Shown here: in pieces, positions 1 through 12,449 of the stretch
How positions within the stretch are numbered: the stretch's first letter is position 1
How the letters are laid out: each line of letters starts with the position of its first letter
Assembly (NCBI GenBank): GCA_951406725.2
Contig: OX597824.1
Span: 74,338,001-74,402,000 of the forward strand
Direction of reading: 5' to 3'
DNA length: 64,000 nt
Source: Octopus vulgaris
Taxonomy: Eukaryota
Translations under genes and position numbers: made by a program
Notes under the pieces: generated by a model
What the model was told of the DNA's origin: nothing
Seen by the model: the letters and a program-made list of their open reading frames with translations, nothing else
Databases searched by the model: none

Positions 1-49
1 GTCATCCATTTGTGTGTGTTTAGTGTGTTTAATATGTTTTGACAAGGAG

Positions 50-468
50 GGCAGCGAGCTGGCAGAATCATTAGCACGCCGGATGAAATGCGTAGCCGTA
101 TTTCGTCTGCCGCTACATTCTGAGTTCAAATTCTGCCGAGGTCAACTTTGCTTTTCATCCTTTCAGGGTCGATTAAATAAGTACCAGTTACGCACTGGGG
201 TCGATATAATCGACTTAATCCGTTTGTCTGTCCTTGTTTGTCCCCTCTGTTTTTAGCCCCTTGTGAGTAGTAAAGAAATAGGTATTTTTCCTGCCATTTT
301 GCTCTGAGTTCAAATTCCACGGAGGTCGACTTTGCCTTTCATCCTTTTGGAGACTGTTAAATAAGTACCAGTTACGTACTGGGGTTGATGTAATCAACTT
401 AATCCGTTTGTCTGTTCTTGTTTGTCCCCTCTAGGTTTAGCCCACCCTATGGGAAATAAAGAAATAAA
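50..468 (+). mobile_element. tRNA-derived SINE family A, two tandem body units
   Basis: A-box-like TGGCAGAATCATTAG and B-box-like GAGTTCAAATTC, then GCCTTTCATCCTTTC.GGGTCGAT.AAATAAGTACCAG; the body repeats twice and the family recurs more than 10 times in the window. Confidence 0.85.
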
Positions 469-805
469 TATGTTTTGATAAGGTTAGTTTTATATATGTA
501 TTCTGGAGTGATGTAGAACTGGGGCCAAGTTCTCCAACAAACTCTGTTGATGCCAACCATACAAGCTCAAAACCTATCTTTCTTTTATCATTAACTTGCT
601 TCACTCATTGAACTGCAGTCAAGGTGGGTCTTTTGACCCATCTAGAAGAGCAGCAATGATTTGGTCAATCCATGTTAGCATAGAAAGTAAACATAATATG
701 ACGATGATGATGAAAGGGTATCATAAATATCATCAAGCCAATAAATACCATATTTGTCTTGGGAATCTCAACACCTGATGGAGTAGTAACAGAGTTATTA
801 TACAC

Positions 806-976
806 AAGCACCCACTACACTCGCGGAGTGGTTGGTGTTAGGAAGGGCATCCAGCTGTAGAAACACTGCCAGATCAGACTGGAGCCTGGAGCAGCCCCTG
901 GCTCCCCAGACCCCGGTCGAACCGTCCAACCCATGCTAGCGCAGAAAACGGACGTTAAACGATGATGATGATGATG
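806..976 (+). mobile_element. RTE-LINE 3' tail (family C), 5'-truncated
   Basis: GGTTGGTGTTAGGAAGGGCATCCAGCTGTAGAAA...CCATGCTAGC...GGACGTTAAAC(GAT)n, matching the 3' end of the RTE RT fragment at 45390-46780. Confidence 0.8.
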
Positions 977-982
977 GTGGAA

Positions 983-1186
983 AGGCAGCAGAATCGTTAG
1001 CATGCTGGACAAAGTGCTTAGCGGCATTTTGTCTGAGTTCAAATTCCACCAAGGTTGACTTTACCTTTCATCCTTTCGAGGCCAATTAATTAATTACCAG
1101 TGAAACACGGGGGTGGAGGTGTCAATGTAATTGACTAGTCCCCTCCCCCAAAATTTCAGGCCTTGTGCGTCTAGTAGAAAAGATTA
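983..1186 (+). mobile_element. SINE family A, alternative-tail variant
   Basis: Family A head and core followed by CCCCCAAAATTTCAGGCCTTGTGC..TAGTAGAAA tail. Confidence 0.75.
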
Positions 1187-1285
1187 TGACATATGGTGTG
1201 TCTTGAATGTTTTTTAGACATGGTGAGCTTATTCTTCTTCACTTTTGACATCATCTGAGTTGTTTCAGAAAGAGAGCAGAAATAT

Positions 1286-1682
1286 TCCTTTCTGCTCTAG
1301 GCACAAGGCCTGAAATTTTGGGGAGGGGGCCAGTTGATTAGATTGACCCCAGTACACAACTGGTACTTAATTTATCGACCCCGAAAGGATGTAAGGCAAA
1401 GTCGACCTCGGTGGAATTTGAACTCAGAATGTAAAGACAGGTGAAATACCTATTCTTTTACTACCCACAAGGGGCTAAACACAGAGAGGACAAACAAGGA
1501 CAGACAAACAGATTAAGTCGATTACATCGACCCCAGTGCGTAACTGGTACTTAATTTATTGACACTGAAAGGATGAAAGGCAAAGTTGACCTAGGCGGAA
1601 TTTGAACTCGGAACGTAACGGCAGATGAAATACGGCTACACATTTCACCCGGCGTGCTAACGTTTCTGCCAGCTCGCCACCT
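1286..1682 (-). mobile_element. SINE family A, two units, second unit with the alternative tail
   Basis: Reverse complement of the family A head at about 1682 and two core units. Confidence 0.8.
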
Positions 1683-1895
1683 TGTGAGACAGAAAGAATG
1701 AGAGAGCTGGTGGAGGAGAAAGAGAGAGAGAAGAATCAACTAGTACAGGTCTGGTATTTTATCAATCTAAAAATGCTGTTAGTTAACACTGACCAGGTAT
1801 GACTCATTTTGGCACAGTCATTTTGAGCCTGCCTATTTGGTATTGCTGATTCAATACTGACTTATTTGAAGTCAGACAATCTAATGTTTCTCTCA

Positions 1896-1937
<42 letters not shown>

Positions 1938-2058
1938 TTATGTGAGTGAGCCATATTTCTTGATGTGTACAAGGAGAGGGGAAAGTGTTTACATCAATCA
2001 TGTTTAATAAATAAATTGTAATCTCTCTTTCTGTACGTGTATACATCTGCACACATGG

Positions 2059-2105
<47 letters not shown>

Positions 2106-2717
2106 AGTATGTTTGCCTCCAGTGGCAAAAAGTACTGCCACCGAAACAGATTCAATATCCAGTCAGCCGTACCAAATTCCCAGCATCCAAACAACTGCAC
2201 CTAATGGTCTCACTCTGGCATTAACCTAGGTGGTATTTGAACTCAGTGTGCATAGAGCCGGAAAGAATAACTGCATGACAATGTAGCCAATCCAATGCTC
2301 TAATGATTTGGCTAAATTGCCACTTTAAATGTATTATCTAATACAAAATACATAATTTTTTTCTCAGAAAACAAGCCTAGCAGATAGTACATATTAATTA
2401 CTAGTAAATTATCCCCAGCTGATGGGGATGATGAAGATGATGATGATGATGTTGTTATCCTTATTGTCATTGATAGAGTTTCACTTTGTTGAATGAACTA
2501 CTAACATTAGATAAAGAAGCGAGACAATACTAGGATAGCTGGCCTCAATTATTCAATCTACTTCCTTTACAGTTGTAATTGTGACCTTATTTCTATAATC
2601 AGTCAGATGAGCATGTTTGGTAAACGGGATAATTGCCGGTTTGCCAAGCTATTCTAAAATGTATGTTAATAGTAGACATACAAGAAGAATGGCTTAAACT
2701 AACTGACCACACATTTT

Positions 2718-2750
<33 letters not shown>

Positions 2751-2759
2751 GATGATATA

Positions 2760-3165
2760 TCATCATCATCATCATCATCATTATCTAACATCCGTTTTCT
2801 ATTTTCACATGGTTTGGACAGTTTGACTGGAGCTACTAAGGCTAGTGGTGGCACCAGGCTCCGTTGTCTGTTCTGGCATTATTTTTTAAGGCTGAATGCC
2901 CTTCCTAATGCTAACCATTCCACAGAGTGTACAAGGTGCTTTTTATGTGGCACTACCACATGTGTGTGTGTGTGTGTGTAGCACATGGTTTCAAGTAGGT
3001 GCAGCTGGTGGTGGCACCAGGCTCCATTGTCTGTCCTGGCATGATTTTTTAAGGCTGGATGCCCTTCATAATGCTAACCATTCCACAGAGTGTACTAGGT
3101 GCTTTTTTATGTGGTACTACCACATGTGTGTGTGTGTGTGTGTGTAGCACATGGTTTTAAGTAGG
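2760..3165 (-). mobile_element. diverged family C tail with local tandem duplication
   Basis: (CAT)n, then GGCTG.ATGCCCTTC.TAATGCTAACCATTCCACAGAGTGT present twice. Confidence 0.65.
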
Positions 3166-3835
3166 TGCAGCTGTGACTGAGAAGTTCACTTCCCAACCAC
3201 ATGGTTTTTAAGTTAAATCCCACTGCATGGCACCTTAGGCAAGTGTCTTCTAGTAAAGCACTGGTTTGACCAGTGCCTTGTGCGAGGATTTTGTAGACGG
3301 AAACTGAAAGTGTGTTATTGTCATACAAGCAGTGTCCTTCACTTTCACTCTTTTGTGGAAACACACCGAACCAAGGGGAAATATTACCTTATTTCCACAT
3401 GCACACACATACACACAAATGACAATAAATATCTTCTCATAGCTACTATGAGAACCACGGCCACCACAACAATAATCTATACCAGACAGCAAGGAACGGA
3501 GTCTAAATTATATGCATTTCTTCAACCAGCTTGAAAAAATTGTAACACAATGATGATGATGATGATGTCTGATGAGGTGTAGACATGGTCCACAACAGTG
3601 CTCCCTTTGTTATCCGGCACCATCACAGCAACCACCAACATCACTACCACCACCACCATAAAGTTAATGATATATAATTTTTACATACTAGTGGTAGGTA
3701 ATTTGTGGTAGGTCATGGCAGGTCGTTTGAGGTCAGGTTGAGACATGCCAGAACAAAACAAATTAGTTTTCCATATGTCACCCACTATTGTTGTTTACTG
3801 AGTAGTTAATATATCAGACACATACACATGATGTA

Positions 3836-3885
<50 letters not shown>

Positions 3886-4601
3886 TGCATGCACACAAAA
3901 CTATTAACTCGAGCATCATTATCATCATACCTCCACCATCTCCATCACTATCATAATCACTATTGTCTTCATGGTTTCCATTAAATACCATACATACACA
4001 CACACATGCAAGTATGTCTATGTACTTATATTATCATTCCCACCAACACCAACACCACTATTATCTTTATAATTGCCATAGAATATAATACATATGTGCA
4101 TATACACAAACCCAAGCATATATTAACTAAAGACATCATCATTATCAGCACCACCACAATCAACATGAACACAAAGACAATGATACTGGAATATGGCTGT
4201 TGGCCAGAAATCCAAGTTACAACACTTTCTTTCGAATTTCTAGGTAAACTCGCTTCATTCCACATTCGTCACACAACCAAGAAAATAGATACCTTGGGAC
4301 AAATAATGGCAGAGACATGATCATGATAGTTTTAACTCTTTTGGACATCAAGCCATCCGAGACAAGGTTACCTTCATGAGTCATGGAAGGTCTGGTTTCC
4401 CTGTTTCCTTAACATATAAATTTCCAACCTGGGAATTACTCATTTTTACCAGCTGAGTGGACTTGGGCAAAGTGAAATTAAATATTTTGCTCAAAAGCAT
4501 ACATTACTTGGTCCAGGTATCAAAACCACAATCTTACAATCAAAAGTCCAACACCCTAACCACTAAGCCATGCACCTCTATTATACATATATGTGTATAC
4601 C

Positions 4602-4785
4602 CTTTACTCTTTTACTTGTTTCAGTCATTTGGCTGTGGCCATGCTGGAGCACCACCTTTAGTCAAGCAAATCAACCCCAGGACTTTATATACAAAGAATA
4701 AGTCATACAAAGAATAAGTCCTGGGGTTGACGAAAGGTGGTGCTCCAGCATGGCTGCAGTCAAATGACTGAAACAAGTAAAAGAG
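4602..4785. repeat. inverted pair of SINE family B 3' ends
   Basis: CTTTTACTTGTTTCAGTCATT...GGAGCACCACCTTT followed by its reverse complement AAAGGTGGTGCTCCAGCATGG...GACTGAAACAAGTAAAAG. Confidence 0.8.
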
Positions 4786-5078
4786 GTAGAGAGACATATA
4801 TTTAATGGCACACATTCAGTCTCACTGAAGCCGCGGTGTACTACAGGCGCACATGCACAAATATACAAATACATACACTTATATGACTGCAGCATACCAA
4901 TAGATTAAGTTGTACAGTATGTGTACCGATGATCGTAGTATGTAATGAAGCAAAATTATGTTTTGTAATATAAAATAAATGCCATATGCGTTAAAGAGAT
5001 TCACCAGTGTGTAATAATGGCAAAAAATATACAAAATCACAAAGAGGATTCACTGAATAATATATACCACCTGACCTA

Positions 5079-5117
<39 letters not shown>

Positions 5118-5244
5118 TATACACTAATTATAAATATGCATATTGAAAAAAAATATGTGAATATATTTACATTTATTTTCTTTTACTTGCTGAGTCTAGA
5201 GGAAGTAACATTGCCCAGCACCCTACTGATACCATCCTCCACAT

Positions 5245-5247
<3 letters not shown>

Positions 5248-5283
<36 letters not shown>

Positions 5284-5490
5284 TATATATATATATACAT
5301 ACACATACATACATATATATATATAGATATATATATATATATATACATACACATACATACATATATATATAGATATTTATATATATATATATATACACAC
5401 ACACACATATATATACACACACACACATATATATATATGTATACACACACACATATATACACACACATATATATATATATATAGACACAC
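5248..5490. repeat. compound (TA)n/(CA)n microsatellite
   Basis: Seen directly; many similar tracts occur across the window. Confidence 0.95.
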
Positions 5491-6279
5491 ACTGCACTCC
5501 AGCAACCTACCCAACTACGTGTCATCTCTCTCTTTCATTCTTCTCCTGTTAACTATATCATCTTCACTATTCTGTTTCACTCTCTCAGCCTCATCCTTGC
5601 CGTTGTGCTACTCTCTGCACTGTTAGGTATCTCCTACTCCCACCAAATCTCATCCCCCACCGCCCCTTATCCACCATTCCCTACATCCATCCTTCAACCC
5701 TACCCAATCTTTTCACTTGTTACCCACCTTCCCTCTCTCCCATCCTCCACTCCTCTATACATTCTAGCAACCTCCACTCCACCAACACTCCTGCTTCCTC
5801 TGTTCCATCTCACACCTTGAGGATCCACTCAGACACTTCATCACCACTATTTTTATTTTATATTAGCACCATCCAACCATGGATACCTACCCTCTCTTTT
5901 AAAATATGAGTAGTTATGTAACTCCTCTATAGTAAGAAACCCATTCTGCTATGGCCCTTTCTCTCATACTCTAATCCCTTATCTCCTCTTAAAGCAATCC
6001 CTTATCTCCAAACACAAAGCCATCCCTTATCCCTTAAGGTTTGTAATTTTGCAAGCTGCATGGTAACCTCAAGGGTGACGGTGACATGAAAAAGTACTCA
6101 ATACACACACAAAATGATTGATGGTATGAAGAGTATCAGCCATAGAGACCTTCCAATGTAGGCATGGGTGTACGATGGAGTCTTTTGGTCCACTGGGTCC
6201 TTTCAAACCATCCAATTCATGCCAGCATAGAACATCAATACAATAATGATGATGAATTTGTTACAAGCCGCAGAGCTGA

Positions 6280-6715
6280 TTTGTAAGATGGAGCAATGTT
6301 CCAGCCAGAGAAAAGGTAGAATGCTATAGTAGATGGAACCACAGAAACTAAGTAAGAACATGAGGAGCGAGTAGGAACACCAGACAGCCAGATATTAGGT
6401 GTATGCAGCAAGAGGAAAGAAAGAGGTTTGCCAGTGTTCTGTGATGAGAGGAGCAAAGGTGTGTATTGTTCCATATCGCAAGGTGATATGTTAAGGTGAA
6501 TCAAGATGTTTTTGTAGGGGAAAAGTATTTGCGGAATGATAGTAGTACACTTTCTCTCATTGAAACTGAGAAGAAAGGTGTTTGGAAATGATAATACAAG
6601 ATGCAGGAGAGAAAGCAGTTGTATTCTAAGCAAACTAATCGGAGAGACCAGCTACTAAAGTGGACAGCTATGTAGTTGAAAGTGTGGTTAAGGTTATGAA
6701 AGGAATGAAGTTAGA
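6280..6715 (-). mobile_element. old interspersed repeat (family E), possibly a LINE fragment
   Basis: Homologous to 10955-11440 on the opposite strand; translations share KNIL.H.NI.PC.ME...PLLLSSQ.TGKPLS.LLLHT.NI. Confidence 0.55.
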
Positions 6716-7190
6716 ATGTCAGTGATATCCATTAATGCCATATCGCCTGAAGAAATGAATCCATGAAGATGATCTATGCAATGCCCACGGATACTATTAC
6801 ACTGTAATCCCTTAGGAATAGGGACTGTGATCCTAAGAGATTTGTGATTTTTGGAAAAGCACGTAGCAATGCATTTTGGTAGTATTCCGGGAATTTTTAT
6901 GGATTCTTGAAGGATTTTTCATTTGTTATATTTACTTTACATGAAGTATTACAATGCTACATTCTTTGATTATCTCCCTTGAAAGCACGTTCAGCGTTTC
7001 CACGTAACCTATGATGGCGCTGCTGTTTCTAAGGTTTACTTTCGTTTCTCTATTAGTAATTTTACTTGCATATCTAAAAATGAGCTGCTTGGCAGAGGTC
7101 TATGGAGGATGACATGATAAGCCTTGATTATAGGGATGATTCCGGTTTTTAAAGGGTTTTTTAAAAAATCATATGCCTTTGTTATTTTTT

Positions 7191-7313
7191 TTACCTCCAC
7201 CAAGGAGGTTATGTTTTTGCTGGCATTGGTTTGGGAAATTGGGCGATTTTCAGAATGCGTGTATATGGGTGGAAATGAGCTGCTTAGTGGAGGGCTGCGG
7301 CGCTTTTCTAGTT
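7191..7313 (+). mobile_element. Helentron/DINE-like non-autonomous element
   Basis: Subterminal inverted repeat CCTCCACCAAG / CTTAGTGGAGG, T-run on the left, ends TTTTCTAGTT; related sequence at about 6800-7100. Confidence 0.45.
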
Positions 7314-7467
7314 ACTATATATGTATATGTGTGTGTGTGTTTTCATGGCCACTTATAGTTTTTATTTGTGGATTAAAAAGGCTACCATTGGTTTCATGCT
7401 GAGAGATGATTTCTCAGAAATTATGAAGCCTGCCACATGGGATGTTGATACACATCTCTATCTTGGA

Positions 7468-7527
<60 letters not shown>

Positions 7528-8844
7528 GATATAGATATAGTCTGTGAGTGGAGGAAGTCAGGAAAAGAATGGCAAAGAGAGAGAGGAAGAGAAAGAAAGA
7601 GAGAGGGAGGAATAAAAAGAAAGAAAGGAGAGAAAGAATGGAAGAATGTGAGTATTTAGTTTCCTTTCTGATGAAGAAGAAGAAGAAGAAACTACAAGAC
7701 AACATGGAAAAACCATTAAAAGATTTCAGAGAACAGAAACAGAAATAGAAGCTTGCAAGAATATAGCAATCTCGTAGATAGTTCCGTATGTGAACCATAA
7801 TTAATGGAAGGTAAATAATTATAATGGTAAATGCTATTATCACAGCAAACATTTATGGATATTAAATTGCTATTACAAGGAATTTCGCTTTTTGAAAACA
7901 ATAAAATTTTATTTTTTTAAATTTTTACATGGATTTTTTCTTTTGTTTTGTTTCAGTTTTCCATTATTCTTGAACTTCTATACCAGAAAAATTGACACAT
8001 ATGTCTCAATCTCTCTCTGTTTCTTTCTCTCTCACTCTCTATCTCTCCCTCCCTCTCTCTACCTCTGTCTATGAACGTCAGAATGAAATGTATGGTATGT
8101 TCCTAATAGAGAAAGGTGGAGATGTTAAGAAATATAATTCTTTCTGCATATATGTGTATGCGTATACGCATGTGCATGTGTGTGTGTATATGTGTATAAA
8201 TATATATATATACACATATATAAAATATACACAAAAACATACATTGGATGCCAGCATGGAATATGGTTTCTAAATGATGATATATACGCACGCACGAGAG
8301 AGAGAGAGAGCATCTGTGTGGGTGTGTAAGTGTGTGTGTGTTTGTGTAAGCGTCTCCTTTCATCTAAAATAAGATGCTTCTCCTTCATTCTCCTTTGGTG
8401 AATGTAGTTTTAATCAGAAGGATTTTGATGTCATCAGATCATCAGACACACACACACACACACACACATTGTCCTTCATTTTTTACTACACCAACACTGC
8501 ATGAGCCAATGTGATAGCCAGCTACTAAATACATATATATATATGTGTGTGTGTGTGTGTGTATATAACTAATGAAGGAAACAGAAGATGGATATCACAT
8601 TAGTCTTTATTGAATAAAGACTTATGCCAAATCCAACTTCTTTTTCTTTCATCAGTTATAATCTCAACTAACACTGTGGAATTCCTGAAGTAGATCCAGT
8701 GGAAATATACTCCAGCCATGGATGACACTAGGTAGCCCAAACTGTGAATATGCTTTACTTAACACACTAATTGACATACACCCATTAGTCAAGAAAATTA
8801 CATACAGACAGGCAGACAGACATACAGATAGATAGATATATTAG

Positions 8845-9060
8845 TAATGGTGGCATAAAAAAAAAGTACCTAGTATATGTTGTAAAGTGGTTGGTGTTAG
8901 GAAGGGCATCCAGATGTAGAAACCATAGCAAAGCAGACACTGAAGCACGATGTTATCCTTGGACCCAATTGGATCCTGTCAAACTGTCCAGCCTATGCCA
9001 GCATGCAACATGGGCGTTAAATGACAATGGTGCTGATGAAGAAAATGATGATGATGATAT
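8845..9060 (+). mobile_element. RTE 3' tail (family C), diverged
   Basis: GGTTGGTGTTAGGAAGGGCATCCAG...GCCAGCATG...GTTAAATGA and a (GAT)n end. Confidence 0.7.
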
Positions 9061-9280
9061 ATAAATCAGTAAATGGTGGGGTTGTGTTAACCGCACGTGG
9101 AGAAATGATAGGAGAGGAAATAATAATAATAAGGCAGAATGCTAAATTGAAAGTAAATTTTAATAAAAATGGGTGTATGAAATTTTAAAATGAAAAAAGA
9201 AATCAAACAGGCTTTCATCGAAAGGCAAATTTTCAAGATTTGGAAGGGGAAAAAAGAAATTTACAATGTTTTTTCAAAAT

Positions 9281-9311
<31 letters not shown>

Positions 9312-9648
9312 ATATGTATGTAAGTATATATGTATCATCATTATCAATACTCTATGTCCACCTTCCATGCTGACATGTATTCGAAGGGTCGTCATTGTCC
9401 AATCCATTTCTTATTTGGGACTATTACTCTCCTAGATGGGTGGGAGAACCATATCTTGCTTTCATGCTTCCTAGGAAGGAAGAACAGGACATAGGGATTA
9501 GTGTGGGGCGAGGTGAGGTTGATCTCAAAGATATAGGGTTATTAATTTCAGACAAAGGTGAGTAGAGATTTGGTTGAGTACAGCTGTTACGAGTAAAGAG
9601 CTGGACAAAAAAAAAAATACCTTAGACAGTACCTCTATGTTGACTCAC

Positions 9649-9767
9649 CTGACAGGTTTCATTAGCTGCAGAGTAAATCCACACACACATACACACCTAA
9701 ACACCAACTGGTGTTGTCTTAGCTGGAGGTGTGTCAATGAATTTAATTCATCTCATAATCACTGAAC
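9649..9767 (-). other. candidate spliced exon (non-coding, or 5'UTR plus first codons)
   Basis: Minus strand TTTTCTCAGCTGTACTTTTACAG|G ... CAG|GTGAGT in non-repeat DNA; all three frames stop early; ends ATGAAACCTGTCAG. Confidence 0.3.
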
Positions 9768-9995
9768 CTGTAAAAGTACAGCTGAGAAAATCTACCCCTC
9801 TTCTTCCCACCCAACAAAAACTCTCTGACTGACTTTAAAATGGGGACTCATCATTGATATTATTCTAAGTTCCTGAATCATAGGACAATAACTTCATAAT
9901 AAATGCATGTGATGACAATGAATGGAATGTAAGACAAACAGTTAGCTCAAGGCCATAGTAGAAGACAAGTTATGCTGTTATATATATTATATATA

Positions 9996-10372
9996 CTAGC
10001 AGTATCGCCCGGCGTTGCTCGGGTTTGTTATGACCCTTTAGAATTGGAATTTTTCAAAAGTAAAAATTTTGCACTATGTAGCTTGTTATTCTTTTTAAGT
10101 GAACATTTTTCTGGTTGAAAAACACAGCAGTCAAAAAATCATAAAAAATAGGGATTTTCTTAGAAAAAAAGCATCTTTTTGATGTAAATAATTTTTGGTG
10201 TTAACATGGTCTGTTTTGATTTTTTTCTTGTACAGAATGAAGAGCAAGCTTTCTTCTATCATACTCTCAATATTAATCAACTTGCGCCGCAGGGTCTTGG
10301 AGGAGATAGTGTTAGTTGAAGGCTACCAAACCTGCCATAACACAGATAACTTCAGCTTTATATAGAGAGAGA
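9996..10372 (-). mobile_element. non-autonomous Helitron
   Basis: Minus strand A|TCTCTCTCTATATAAAG ... hairpin CCCGAGCAACGCCGGG, then CGATACTG CTAG|T; AT target site and no TSD. Confidence 0.8.
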
Positions 10373-10510
10373 TTTTTACTTCCTCAACCTTCTCTATCAA
10401 TTTGATGCATCTGTAGTTGTTTCTTTCTACAGCATTTCCCATATTCTAGCAGCAACTGATGATGAGTGAATGACTAGGGGCATGTCCTACTTCATGGAAT
10501 ATTTTTAACA

Positions 10511-10930
10511 TAGGTGGCTATGTGGTAAGTAGCTTGCTTACCAACCACATGGCTCTGGGTTCAGTCCCACTGCGTGGCATCTTGGGCAAGTGTCTTCTAC
10601 TGTAGCCTCGGGCTGACCAAAGCCTTGTGAGTGGATTTGGTAGATGGAAACTGGAAGAAGCCCATCATATATGTATATGTATATATATATATATGTGCGT
10701 GTGTGTGCATCATTATGTGTCTGTGTTTGTCCCCCCCCCCACATCGCTTGACAACCGATGCTGGTGTGTTTATGTCCTTGTAACTTAGCAGTTCAGCAAA
10801 AGAGACCGATAGAATAAGTACTAGGCTTACAAAGAATAAGTCTTGGGGTCGATTTGCTCGACTAGAGGCAGTGCTCCAGCATGGTCACAGTCAAATGACT
10901 GAAACAAGTAAAAGAATAAAAGAAAAGAAA
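10511..10930 (+). mobile_element. tRNA-derived SINE family B with internal microsatellite
   Basis: GTGGCT.TGTGGTAAG...GGGTTCAGTCCC, CORE-like CTTGGGCAAGT, internal (TA)n(TG)n, and a GACTGAAACAAGTAAAAGA tail. Confidence 0.85.
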
Positions 10931-10954
10931 GAATCTGTGATTATTTCTGACAGT

Positions 10955-11440
10955 CCACCTTCTTTCCCTTCATAACTTTAATCCCATTTTCAACCATATA
11001 TTTATCCACTTTAGTGACTGATCTCTTAGCTTGGGTTACGTAGGGTACTCTCCCTCTCTCGCTCCAAGCCCAGCATGTTCTCTTCATTCAATAACATCTT
11101 GTATTATCATTTCCAAACATCTTTCTTCTCAGTTTCAGTGAGAGAAAGTGCACCACTATCATTCCATACATACTTTTTTCTCAACAAAAACATCTTGGTT
11201 CACACAAACATACTACCTTGTAATATGGAACATTTCATACCTCTGCTACTCTCATCACAGATCACTGGCAAACCTCTTTCTTCCCTTTTGTTGCATACAT
11301 CTAACATCTAGCTTCTCTTCTGGCTATCTGATATTATTACTTGCTCCTAGTATTCTTATATAGCCTTTAATGCTCTATTTACTGAACCATTCCATAACCA
11401 TATCACTTTCGCCATGACGAGAACATTGCTCCAACTTGCA
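10955..11440 (+). mobile_element. old interspersed repeat (family E)
   Basis: Homologous to the reverse complement of 6280-6715. Confidence 0.55.
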
Positions 11441-11690
11441 AATCTTGCAACGAATTATTCTATAGAAATTCCTGCTTGATCTCTATGTTGTAAATCTATC
11501 TGCTGCTGCTTCTTCATACATACATACCAATTAGTACTTCTTATTCTTATTGTCAGATCATTGATCAGCAGCTTAACTTGAGTGCTACATTCTTCAATGG
11601 TGAGGCACTTTGTATTCAAAACTGGTTGCCTATTACACTTCTTGGGTGAGAATCAAGTTTATCTGCTTCACTTGTGTTACACACACACAC

Positions 11691-11726
<36 letters not shown>

Positions 11727-11867
11727 ATATATATATATATATACTCTTTTACTTGCTTCAGTCATTTGACTGTGGCCATGCTGGAGCATCACCTTTAGTC
11801 GAGCAAATCGACCACAGGACTTATTGTTTGGAAGCCTAGTACTTATTCTATCAGCCTCTTTTTATAC

Positions 11868-12332
11868 ATACACTAATCACTTGCTATATCGCAGTTTGCC
11901 TATCATGCCCTCAGTACATTGCAAATTTTTCTAGCTAATATATGTAATTTATATCATGGACTCCTCAGTATACCGCAGGTTTCTGTGGCCAATAGGTATT
12001 TTTATCATTTTAGATTTCAATTATTCTTGTGGTAATATAAGTATTTTCACACTTAAAAATGATGAAATTTATAAATAAAAGTACAGTACAGTACTGCACT
12101 GAATAACACATTAATTAAGAAAATATCAAAAGAAAATATGTAATGTACCATAGATGAGTAAACAAAGAAACAAGAGGTGAGTGTGTTGTGTTGTTTTGCA
12201 TTTATAATAAATATATTCAAATTATAAAAATAATTAAAAAAATATACAGTAGAGTATTGTATCTATTTTGTGGATTTTCACCTATCACAGGTGTTTTTGG
12301 AATGTAACACCTGTGATAGTCAAGGATAAATA
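11868..12332. mobile_element. decayed Tigger/pogo-like MITE
   Basis: Degenerate termini TACACTAATCACTTGCTATATCGCAG / CTGTGATAGTCAAGGATAAATATA in a TA context, with an AT-rich interior. Confidence 0.4.
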
Positions 12333-12449
12333 TATATATATATACATACACACACACACACAATTAAATATAATTAAAGGATAAAATCATTAAAAATTTT
12401 ATCAGTGGCCAGCATATAAAATATACTTATAACTGTATTTTATACTATT

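Noticed and set aside
3570-3600. CTGATGAG as a hammerhead (also near 16100 and 44509)
   Set aside because: No stem II closed by GAAA and no stem I partner.
7548-7748. Lys/Glu/Arg-rich ORF
   Set aside because: Translation of a GA-rich low-complexity tract.
8685-8734. Hammerhead relic as a standalone feature
   Set aside because: Stem II ATCCA/TGGAT is present but both core boxes are altered and stem I is absent; kept only as a weak member of the general finding.
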